Below, in pieces: positions 53,397 to 64,000 of a DNA stretch of 64,000 nt. Source of the DNA: Klebsormidium nitens (taxonomy: Eukaryota > Plantae > Klebsormidiophyceae); assembly GCA_000708835.1 (NCBI GenBank), contig DF236962.1, forward strand, positions 1-64,000, given 5' to 3'. The translations under genes and the position numbers were made by a program. Under the pieces are notes generated by a model that saw only the letters and a program-made list of their open reading frames with translations, did no database searches and was not told the DNA's origin. Each line of letters opens with the position of its first letter. Position 1 is the first letter of the stretch.

Positions 53397-54293
53397 TCAA
53401 CGGAACATTGCATCTGCAATCGCCTCCATCTCCTTCCATTGCTCAGAGGTAACGCTGGTCGGGAATCCACATGATGTGCGCAGCACCTCGTCAACCATGG
53501 TGGAAGCCGCCAGCTCAAGGTTTGGATTGGCCAAACCGACCATCCACATCTGCTTGCGGAAAATAGAGACCGTCGCGGGTGTGACACGTACCCCCGTCTT
53601 CTCCTCAACTTGTACGCCCACACCGACTGACAGCTTCTCGAGGCGCGCAATCCGCAGCGAGCTGCACCTCCGGGTGGCACGCGGGAACGTGACGGGCTCC
53701 TCGCAGCCCTCTTCAACGGCCTCCCACTCATGCGCGCGCGAAGGAATGCCGGTCGCTGCTGCCAGGAGTGGAGCAATTTCGTGTGCGACAGCCTCCAGCA
53801 ACGACCCCGGCGGCCCCGGCTTCTTGCCCGCGAGCAGCACCTGACGAAGCGCATCAGTGATGCCCAAGACTGAGTACCCCACCCTCCCCAACCGAATCAG
53901 CCTGTTGAAGCTCTCTGTCATGCTGATCTCCTCACTTGGCGAAAGACTTGAATGAAACCTGTGGAACACCTTGGGAAGGCAGTCCATGAGGGCAGGCATA
54001 AGTTTGCAGCTGAGGTCCTCATCGCACTTCCTGGTGTAACCTGTCGTCTCCCCCAAAATGACTATGGCGACGTCACCCTTCTGCTCGAACCCCACCACGA
54101 GAACCTCCTCTCTGCCCGTCCCTTGCAACTGCCCGTTGGCGAGCCTAAGCCTCGTTATCATCCTGATCAGCATCTCCGCGCGCAGAAGCCTTTGCTTCAG
54201 TCTTATTGTAGCCTTGCCCTCCGACTCAGCTCTCGCAGACCTTTGCTCGTCCATGGGAGCGAGAGAGAAGGACGTCCCGCGTGGCGCCGCCAT
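53397..54293 (-). CDS. Hypothetical intronless protein, 298 aa, family not recognised
   Basis: Single long ATG-started ORF with protein-like composition, divergent from RUS1 and sharing a GC-rich intergenic box. Confidence 0.55.
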   Translation of the reverse strand: MAAPRGTSFSLAPMDEQRSARAESEGKATIRLKQRLLRAEMLIRMITRLRLANGQLQGTGREEVLVVGFEQKGDVAIVILGETTGYTRKCDEDLSCKLMPALMDCLPKVFHRFHSSLSPSEEISMTESFNRLIRLGRVGYSVLGITDALRQVLLAGKKPGPPGSLLEAVAHEIAPLLAAATGIPSRAHEWEAVEEGCEEPVTFPRATRRCSSLRIARLEKLSVGVGVQVEEKTGVRVTPATVSIFRKQMWMVGLANPNLELAASTMVDEVLRTSCGFPTSVTSEQWKEMEAIADAMFR

Positions 54294-54539
54294 TGTTCTG
54301 ATCAAAGCAGATAGTTCCTCTGATAGTTCCTCCTTTGAAATGCTTTATGTTGATATTGCACGTGGCCTGTAAATCCTTGGTATATCATGTCTAGCCATGC
54401 CCAGACGTTGACAAAACATGTGATCAAGACCCTGATGTCAACGAGGTTGGAAGTGTTGATGCGGCAGTCACGCGTACGTAGTGAGGGGCGGCTGGCGGCG
54501 GTTTCAGCGGCCAGCACAATTAGTAAATTGATCTCGCGC

Positions 54540-54610
54540 TGGCCGGCAGTTCGCGCCCCGCCGCGCACAGGCCGCGCGGCCGCCGCCGGAGTCCGTGCCG
54601 CGGCCGCCTT
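54540..54610. promoter_or_regulatory. GC-rich box in the divergent orphan/RUS1 intergenic region
   Basis: GCGCCCCGCCGC GCACAGGCCGCGCGGC, with near-copies in other intergenic regions (24188-24199 on -, 30989-31011, 60219-60230). Confidence 0.45.
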
Positions 54611-54836
54611 GGCGCCTGCATGGCAGGGTTTTGCCTACCATTATCAGGGTCGTACCATTACCGCGTACCAACTAGAAAGGTGCATTTTCCTACATACCGT
54701 AGTCCCTGGGCCTGAGACGGAGACTCAGAGTCTGGACAGCATTCTCTGATTATCTCCTGGTCCGTACTAGTCTTTCAGATTCACTTCGGCGCATGGGGAG
54801 CGTGTCCTTCAATTGGTCGCAAAGGTGGATGCTTTG

Positions 54837-57800
54837 ATGGCGGTGCTGAGTGTGCATCTGCAGCAGGCAACCTTTCCTCGATGTGATCTCCAGGGCGCAG
54901 AAAGAAAAACTTACTCTGCGTTAGAATCACTACCGGCAAAGTTAGGGTTTGGCACCCCTTCTTGCATTGCGGGGAGGCTCCGAATTCACCACTTGAGCAA
55001 GCATGAGAGGTTGAAAGGTCCAGAGATCGGTAAACGCAGTCTCTTGGGACCTCAGCAAAGGTCGAATGGTTTGCAAAGTCAAAGGGGCAACTCGACTTCT
55101 GCAGTTGGATTAAGTGCAGATTCTGGCGATGGCCAGGGTGGTAATACAGGGAACGGCCAGGGGGGCGGTGGGGGCAGAGGGGGACAACCCCCTTCTGGTG
55201 GTGGCCCTTCAGACGATGGCAGGAGAAGGTTTGACCTTGAAGAGTGTCTCTTGTACTCGGGGGCTGTGGTCGCTGTAACACTTGGCCTGTGGACCAGCCA
55301 CCACCGGGAATGCAGGGCTGTTTTGCGGTTTCTGCGGTGGGCCTCAGGAATTCTGAGAAGAGAGCCTAAGTCTGCTGGCACGAGCAAAGATGACGGGGCA
55401 GAGGAGGGGGATGTTGCCAAAGTGGCGCTAGAGCAACTTGAAGGGGTGGTGCAATCAGCTCTCCAGCTTCTTTCCAGCCTAGATATCCGGGAACAGATCT
55501 TTGGCAGTACAGATTCTGAAGCATCCACCTCGGAAGAGGCTCCCTTCCCTCTCTCCGCGTTCGCTGCGCTGTCCCTCCCCTTCCCATTTGCCGCGCTTTC
55601 GCTTCCTTTCCTTTCCATCTTCCATCAAAGTCCTGTTGGTGAAGAAGAGGATCCGCCGAAAGTGACCAAAGTGTGGGAGGTCCAAGGAGACTCTTGGACA
55701 CGATTGGTGCCTGGCGGTTCGGACGAAGACGAGTGGGTTCTGGACGGACACTTCAGCGGCCGTCCTGCAGAGAAGCCAAGTGATGACACAGCAAGTGCTT
55801 CAACCTCTGGGAAGGAGGAGGTTTTGAGCAGAGGCCGTCAACTGAAGGAGGGGGTCAGAGAAGCAGCCGACAGGTTCGTTGGTCGGCTGAAGTCAACGCT
55901 CTTGCCAGAGGGTTATCCGCACAGCGTTACAGAGGACTATGCGGAGTACTCAGGGTGGAGGCTTGGGCAGATTGTGTCGAGTCAGGTGAGACGTTTAGTC
56001 GCTGTTTTACTTTGGAAGGATCGTGACACCCTTGTACTGTCAGCCAGAGTCACTCACATTCTTGAATAGTGTTGTGCACATGATGCGGTTGAAGAGAATA
56101 TGACTTACAGTGCGGAGAACCTGTTGATTGATGCTCTTCTTCAGGTGCTTCTTCTGTGCTCCTTCTGTGCTTCGCAAGGAAGAAAGAAAACAAGTTGCCC
56201 CATCTTCACTTTTTGCAGGTGAATGGCGTTCTGTGTACGCAGGCGCTCCTGTACGCTGTTGGACTGGGCAAAGGGGCCATCCCTACAGCAGCAGCAGTTA
56301 ACTGGGTCCTCAAAGTGAGGCTTTTTATATTCTTGACTTGAGATGTTGAAGCCAAGTGGAAAGGGAGGCTTGACTTGTTCGACATACATGTTCTGGCGTG
56401 TTCCAAACAAAGGATTGACCGAGTATTACTAACTTTAATCTGGGCCTGAATTGAAGACTTCCGAGGACGCTCTACATACTGACTCCTCCCCTCGGTACAT
56501 GCCCTTGTGAAAGCTGATTTGAAGTAGCCACCCTCTCGCCTATTGCAGGGTCTGTTATGGCCGCTTTGAAAGGCCCTCGACAAAACCTCGATAGTTAGTG
56601 GACCTTAATTTAGTAACCCCGCAATCTGCTATTGCCTTTCCCTGTAGGATGGCATCGGGTATCTGAGCAAGATTGCGTTTTCCAAGTACGGTCGTCACTT
56701 CGATGTCCACCCGAAGGGCTGGCGCCTCCTTTGCGACGCTGTCGAAGACCTCTCCTGCGGCCTCGAGCTCCTCACTCCCGCTTTCCCCAATCAGTTCCTC
56801 TACTTGGGAGCCGCCGCAAGTGAGGTCCTCCTTTCCCCAAGCTTTTGAAAAACCAGCGTATTCTTGTTAAGTGCTGCCTAGGGACAGCAACTCAATTGGC
56901 CGTTTGAAAGGTGCCGGCTTTGATTGACTTTTATTCTGCACAGGCTGGCTGTCCTGAATTGAGTGTGTCGCTGTTGGTTTGCTTGATACCTGATGCCCTA
57001 GTATGGGAATGATTGAAACGCTTCGCTTCTCTCTTAGACAACCCGGGAAGCCGTTTCTGAGGCTGCGTTTGGATCTTCTTCGTGAGCCAAGCGGTTGCGG
57101 TTTCGATATCCGAGCAGTTCACTAACTTGTCTCGAATACTCCTCAGGTGCCTTCCGTTCGGGCGCCGGGATGGGGCAGGCTGCGACCCGAAACTCCTTTT
57201 ATGCCAGCTTCTCCAAGCAAGGCAATCTGGCCGAACTCGTCGCAAAGGTGAGCTGTGCGAGCAAGGCAGGCAAGCTAACGAAATTGTGTGAATCTGAGTG
57301 TAGAGCATTTGTGGTTAAAAGCAATGACCCGTATAAGTAGCTCGTGCTTTTCCATACCGAATCGGTAAGGGACTGCCGATTGCCAAGGCCTGTCGCGGCA
57401 CCAGCTGGACTTGTGTAGATGCCAAGATAGATCCTGTTAAAGCGCTTGTAACGGACCACATGAGCCACACCTAGTCTTTGTGCAGCATTTAGTTCCTGAA
57501 ACGGGTCTCAAAGACAGTTGACGCTTGAGAGACGTTTGAAGGCTTCGAACGAGTGTGCTTAAGCTGGTCACCCTATCGAAGGGAAGCATTCTTCCGGCAA
57601 GAGCTGCGCCTTCGTGCACGAATAAGTTGGAGAAACGACACAGATAATTCGCTCGAAAGCTAACCGCGCAGATTTGTTCATGCAGGCGGAGGCTCAGGGC
57701 ATGTTTGCCAAGTCCCTCGGGATTCCGCTCGGCATTCTGGTGGCCGGAAGGGTCGGCCACACCGGCCCCGTCCTGGCGCTGACATACGCCGCAGTCACGC

Positions 57801-59791
57801 TCGCGCACCTGTGAGTCGTTGCTGCGCCTCTATCTGATTTGGAGGTTGTTCACCTTGTTCTGCCGCGAAAAGTACTCACGGGGACCTTATTTTTTGCGTT
57901 CTGCCCGGTTCGATACCTGATCTGATATGTTAGAAGTGGAGGGCATGTATAGTTCTGGGTCAAGAGGCCGCTTTAAAATGGCAATTGTTTGCTGGCCAGA
58001 CAATATTTGCCGCCCCTGACCGATTCGCGCCTCACTTCCGGCAGGTTCTGCAACCTTCGCTCGTACCAAGCCGTCCAGCTACGCACGCTCAACCCAGATC
58101 GCGCCACTCTCGTGCTTGCTGAGGTGAGTCGCTAAGCTGTACCACAACGCAAATGCAGAAGGCTCTTGAGTGAAAAAGAAACGTGATGATAGACGGGAAC
58201 GTGGAACCATGCGAAGTCTCCTGGCTGGTGTCTGCACTTAGTTTCTTCCAGAAGCATCTTTCACTCGAGCATTTGCTTTTGCTTCCAGCAGATCTTCTTC
58301 CGTCGCCGGTACGGATTCTTGTGGCTAGCTTGTCGCAAACGACCACCTTTGCGGAGCACATGAATGCAAACGATTTCTCAGCGGCCCAGGTTTGCATGTG
58401 TTACATCTCGGAAGCCGAAGCGTAAGGATTGGTTCAGGGGCGCGACCTGACAAGCTCGTTGTCTGCTTCGTGTTGCAGTTCGTCCGCTCTGGTCGTGTCC
58501 CCTCCATCAAGGCCGTCAATGCAGAGGACCCGCTCTTCCCCGTTGAGTCTATGCTGAACCTGCGAGCGCCTCTCAAAAAGGTGGGCATCTTTTTCGAGAC
58601 GCTCCAAGCATCCGTACGTGGAAGGTTTGAATGCCTGAATAGACAGACTTTCTTGACACGGAACCGATTCACAACTTCGATCTTCTGGTTCAGAAACTCT
58701 GAAAATCTTGCTGCTGATTTGTCGACAGTGTTGGTCTTTCTGCCGCACCATCCTCTTCTATCAATACATGGCGGCAGAATACGGGTTGCAGGGTCCTTAT
58801 CCGCTGAACAACGCTTAGAATTCGCTTTTGTGACGTGAACTTCCTACTTTTCTGCTGCAATCGGCCCTCAAGGACTTTTCGTCCGGATACAGTCCCAAGT
58901 TGGCAAAAGAAAACCCATGCTGTCACGTCCTCTACCCTCACTTGTCGATAACGCAACTTAGTTGTCAGGTCCTGAATGCTCTTCTCCTCCCAAACCGCAT
59001 GCTATCGTGCATCCGGACTCAAGCCAGATGAGCTGTGTAACTTGTTTTTGCAGCTCACCGAAACCTTAGGCCAAGCTGCCCCCCCGGAGGAGCTGTCTGC
59101 TCCCGCCAAGGACCTGGCGCTGGGGCTGGCCGGCAGGATCGAGCTCGGCGCAGAGCTGCGGGCGGTGTGCAGTAAGGCGCAGGAGCTCGAGTCGCTGCGG
59201 CGCCTGTACAAAAAGGAAAAGTACATGCTCGCGCAGCAGGGAGACAAGCTCAAGGCAAGTAAAAGTTCTCTGCAAGACAGGCTCCATGCAGAATCCGGTG
59301 TACGTGGAGCAGAGGAGTTGTTGCTTTCCTTCGATGGCGGGTTCCTTTGCTTGCTTGAGCTTGTCCAAATTGGTACCGAGCTCGGTTAGTTTCTCGGATC
59401 CACCCAAAATGCATGGACAGTCTGTTTGTTAGTAGCCTTTGCCGCGCAAAAGCATCGCAGAGTATTTGGAGCAGAGACCGACACAAAACGTGTGTGCCCT
59501 CCGAGCGTCCAATCTGTTCCCACTTACAGTCCCGGTAACGGCGTCAACTATTTGCTCCGACTGCTGCAGGTGGTGTTGGAGAAGGGCGCTCGGCAGGAGG
59601 ATATGCTGCGTGCGCTGACCCAGGCCGTTTTCTTGGAGACTAGTGGACAGCAGGTCACGAAAAGCAATCCCCTCGAGACGAGTTACAGAAATATGACACG
59701 GTCGTTCGACCAGTTGCAAAAGGAGATCAGAAAAGCGGGCTACATCGGTGAGCTGGTCGTGAGGCCTGGCGCCGCCAGGCTCGTAGCATGA
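54837..59791 (+). CDS. RUS1: ROOT UVB SENSITIVE 1 (DUF647/RUS family), putative plastid transit peptide
   Basis: Exons 54837-55985, 56219-56314, 56648-56819, 57147-57247, 57686-57810, 58045-58123, 58479-58580, 59054-59254, 59570-59791. Motifs [69 protein letters not shown] match RUS1 as I recall it. Confidence 0.93.
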
Positions 59792-61294
59792 AAACGTTAG
59801 CGTTCGGTGTGGGTGCCGATTCGGGAGCTGAGTATGTCTTTTAGCGCTGGAAAATCATTCTACTTATGTCAATATGTTTCCGTCGGGAGGACTCATTGTT
59901 TGCGTTGTAGAAGACGGTCCCCGCTCTTACGTGCGCGCAACATAAACCTTGGGATCTCGTCATTTCATTTGCACTTTTGCAGTTGAATGTTTTCGAATAT
60001 GAGACAACGATGGTGCCTCATTCATCGAGGATTCGGAAAACATCTTCGGCCGGTTTGCTTCTTGTCCAGCATACCGGCCCCCGCTTGAGTGTGAATACAT
60101 AGATTTCGTCACAAGATTTGCAGAGCTCCCGGGTTGGCGAGTCGATCAAACTATGCATGTACGCCGCACCTGGCCACTAGGTGCTACAGTAGCTGGGTCA
60201 CTTTTGCCCATTCAAATGCCGGCCCCGCCGGCGGCTTAATGATCGCACAAGTGCATTCATCTTTACTAACCCACGTAATGTCATGTGCATAGGATTCAGT
60301 GCGCGATTAATCAGCCTGCAGACTGCAGCATGTGCAAGTGATCGTATGGGCGGCGCAGATAGGAAAAAGCTTGGCGCTGTCAAAGTTTGCAGTGCCAATG
60401 ACGGGGTTGGATGTTGGCATGTATGTTTGCAAATAAGTTTGCGGCTTTGCGCAAATTTAATGCATGATGCATGTCACTTAAATATCCAATTCAGAATCAT
60501 AATAGACAAGTGTAGGCGGTTCAACAAGCCAGAAGGTCACTGAGGCGGTAATAATTATAAAGCTGGACGGTGCAGTACACATGCATGCGCACGCTGCGCA
60601 CGCGCTCATGCAGGTGCACGTTCGCGCTCGGCTGCATATAAGCAGGCTGCCGCCGTCACATGATGTTTAGCAAAGCTCTATACGATATATGAATTGGCGC
60701 GGGCTTGCTCTCTAAAATGGCTCTTTATTAGCCTCATGGCTGATCGGGGGTCATGCTGTATACGTACAGAGAACCACTACGCAGTCACGGCAAGAGGACC
60801 GGCAACTAATGTTCAACAGGACCGCCGCCTGCCAAAAGAATGCCGCCATGCAGTCAAGTAAAAGCTTCCAGCTCAATTTGTTGTTTATGTAGGACTTTAA
60901 TTCGATGATCAGCAAGACACGACATGGCACGCGCACGACATGGTCATTCAAATCCAAAAAAGCGGCTAGGCTTGCAGGTCGTCCGCCGCTAGGCGCCTGT
61001 ATCGTGACGTCATAACAGGTTTGGATCTGAGGGTGCCCCCAGCAGCGTAGCCTAGCCGTCCGATGCACAATCTGGACAGTCTGACGAGGCCGAATTTAGA
61101 AACTCGAATGCACTCTCAAGACTTCCACTTGTTCGCCTTGTCTCAGCCTGTGCGGGAAACTTAGGAGCCTGGATTCAGACCCATTCAGACCTTTTGACAG
61201 CAGAAAATCATCTTTGTCGCAGCTCGCGATCGCGAGAATCCACGAAGATTTCATTTTGCCACAGGCCAGGGCGTAGCATCTCTCCGCAAAGCAA

Positions 61295-63656
61295 ATGTCT
61301 CAAAAGCGTTCTGAGATGAGACGGAAGGATATGGCTCCGCCAAAGGTGAACCTTTCAGGCGCTAATGCAGCACTCTCTAGCCTTGACCGCCTCCAAATGA
61401 AAATAAGACACGAATCCACTGTGTCCGGACAAACATCCCCCACCAAGAAGACTCCAACACTATCACCGAGCCGATCTGATCGAAGGACTTCCGTGTTGGG
61501 GAGAACGTCGAAGCAGCTGTTCGTTAACGAAAATGAGAGCTCTGGTCATCGTCCTGTACAAGCGTCATGGGAAACTCTTGCTGAAGAGCTGGACGAATTG
61601 GAAAGAGCTTGGGTGGGGAGTGCTGCCTGTGCAGCAGCTGGAGATGTTGTACAGCCAGATTCAAGTAGGTCGCTTTCGGAACCTTTGCCTCTTGCTAAGC
61701 TGAGAGGGGCCATGAAGCGTGGAGACTCTCGTACTCCGAAGTTGCAGCTTTCTAATAAATTGACAGACGATGAGCCAGAGCGCCAGCGGGATCTGATTGC
61801 AGAGAAGTTCAAGTCCAATGATCTCCTGACGCAGCTCGATGCCATTGAACGACTATCATCAACGGAAATCGCAGAACGTTTCGTGAGCTCCGCGCATGGA
61901 CCTGACCCTGACGCTGGCATGAGCTTTGACAGACCGAACTCGCTTGAAAAGAAGACCCATTTTCAGCGAGGAGCGTCGTTCGAGGCGGCTCTATGCTCCC
62001 AGAAACGTTTTAAAGACGGTGTTGACATCAAGGAATCTACCACACTTTTCAATGGCAAAAAGCTGTCAAAAGGAAGCAAGAAATTGCAGATGCAAAGTCT
62101 GATCACGAAGGCAGCTCCTTTCGGTCGAGAGCACGTTCTCATGGTCCAACGCAGTCGAACAGCTAGTATTCGCAAGCCTACGACCGTTCCAGTGTCTCCA
62201 ACTCTTTGGACAGGTGAGTTCATCTTGACAGGTTCATGAATTATGCTGGCTTCAGATTGTCTAATTCCAGAAAAGCCACGTTGATGCGCATGCACAGTGC
62301 GGACTTCTTTTCAGAGAAGCAGAAATTGTTCCGCTCAGACAAAGTCGACCTGACGACATGTTATGATTGTCACACAGCTGCAAGAGCAAGATCAAGAGCA
62401 GCCAACACTTTTGAGAAGGCCTTTGCAACGGATGGAAATTCCGCTTCAGCATGTTCACCGTCGCTTGGCAAGGCTCCAGCATCACACGAAGATCTTCGAG
62501 CGAAGGAAAGCCACACCTCCACAGGTATCGAGTTGGCAACTGACATTCAAAGCAGTAGCTTCTCCAGCACAGAGGAGTTTCAGCCTGATTCCTAAATCCT
62601 TCACCGCATGATCGCAATTGTCATCGGTAGTTTCATCAAGCGTTCATAAGCATCGAGCTTTTTGCAGAGATTGCGTTTTGATGACCGGTTGATATCGTCC
62701 GAAAAGATTATCTGACCAAACCTGTGTTTTTAATCGATGTACGGAACCTGAAGCGTGGCGGTTGCCTCAGTTGAGCACGTTTCGTGACATCGCAGATTAC
62801 CCCAAGCTTTCAAGCGTCAACCTGAGATTGAAGATCAAGTCTCATTCCAAAATTGTTTCGCCGATCCGTGGGGGTGCCTTTGGCGGTGTGCTCAAAGAAG
62901 GCGTGCGACCTGCTTCATTGTCAACGCCTGTCCCGTCCAAGATGAAGAAGGCCACAGTATTTAGCGAAGGTAATGTGATCCCGGCTTTCTGAAAACTATC
63001 AAAAGCTCAACGATCTTCTGAACTATTCTCGCCAGGTGGACAGAGTAAGACGTATCACTCAAACAAGAAGTTAAGAAGGGATTCCAAGAGGTATGTTGAC
63101 GGGCTTGTATCACAGTTGAGCCTCAAAGCACACCTGCTCATTTTAAGACTGTCCTGTCGGAAACTGCACAAGAGTTTTCAGGAAAGAGGGAGTGGATTGG
63201 CGCGTCGTCTGATAAACCATCCTAACGGTGACAAATGAATCTCGCGCTAAGCTCTTCAACTTCTAGGCAAATCGAGCTCACTATACTGTTTCACAGGGCG
63301 TGAGAAAGCTTCTCCAAGAGCAGTGTCTAATGAGACCACTCCGACTCACAAGCGCCTCCCGAGAACCAACCTCCGACCTGCCACAGGTATTTTAGCTGCT
63401 CATAAGTTCTTCCGCAATAAGACCTGGATAGGGGCAAGTGAAGCTCTGATTGCATATAGTCAACGACGCAAATCATCAGAGGATCTTTCTGGTGCGAAGA
63501 CGCACTAGTCTTGATTGTTGCAAGGGAGTGCGAATTCTTTGAGAGATTTCTCATGCAGTACGGGTCTGCTTTTATCCTGCAGAAGAGCGAGCACGGACAG
63601 TCAGCTTCAAGACCGCAGCAGACCCTTCGCTCTGGCGCCGTTCATCTTTCGGGTGA
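61295..63656 (+). CDS. Hypothetical protein with a TPX2-like motif; 3' exon structure uncertain
   Basis: Large first exon 61295-62213 splices to 62378-62524, giving KPTTVPVSPTLWTAARAR, which resembles the TPX2 T.P.SP.L.T..R repeat. Further candidate exons at ~62798-62969, 63298-63388 and 63583-63656. Confidence 0.55.
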
Positions 63657-64000
63657 TGTGGCTAGGTTCTGAGTCGATGCTCGAACAGTCAAGCAAGCAG
63701 ACCGTGCTTTAACATAGTCGATCGGTTTTATTGACGCATAGCAGATCGAAACTGCTTGTAAATCAAAAATTTGCGTAAGGCGATATAACTACGCGCCGGC
63801 TGGGCCAGCGAAACGTCCCTTTTTGGAAATAAGAAAGATCCGATCATTCTGATGGAGTTGTCGAAACATTTGTGCAGTGTATATGTCAATTGGAGTGCGA
63901 AAAGAAAACATGTGTGTTAACAATTTTGAGTCCACTATACCGTGTCTTAGTCTGCGTTTGAACATGTGCGCATGCGCCCGCACTACGATCAGGTAAATGG

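Noticed and set aside
60751-61068. Minus-strand ORF with DVTI...LLIIELK, reminiscent of a PD-(D/E)xK nuclease
   Set aside because: Too short and degenerate, with no accompanying reverse transcriptase or other element features.

Overview
This is intron-rich eukaryotic nuclear DNA with GT-AG introns and two GC-AG introns. It combines streptophyte-type genes (CIP7-like, DUF639, RUS1, At5g02240-like) with a motile-flagellum gene (CCDC40), which suggests a flagellate-stage charophyte alga such as Klebsormidium. That assignment is inference from gene content only. Left to right: (1) an apparently intact, 19-exon Crypton-type tyrosine-recombinase gene (YR/NDC10-II-like plus GCR1_C) that I could splice in frame to an upstream ubiquitin-like domain, probably starting left of the window; (2) an unresolved ~2 kb region containing a tiny poly(A)/TSD retro-insertion and a CCGTCC-rich hairpin cluster; (3) a COP1-interacting-protein (CIP7)-like gene; (4) an NAD(P)-binding Rossmann gene (-); (5) a DUF639 gene; (6) CCDC40, whose introns carry duplicated splice acceptors, telomere-like G tracts, a perfect hairpin and a shared repeat; (7) a 10-exon secreted protein (-) with Cys-rich, PAN/apple, root-cap/VWD-like (GDPH), RRLL and STIG1-like parts; (8) a TPR-SET-MYND (SMYD4-like) gene with an inserted B-box; (9) an intronless orphan ORF (-); (10) RUS1; (11) a hypothetical gene with a TPX2-like motif. 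I saw no rRNA, tRNA or CRISPR array. All exon models and family assignments were made by eye from splice signals, phase arithmetic and remembered family motifs; no database search was run.
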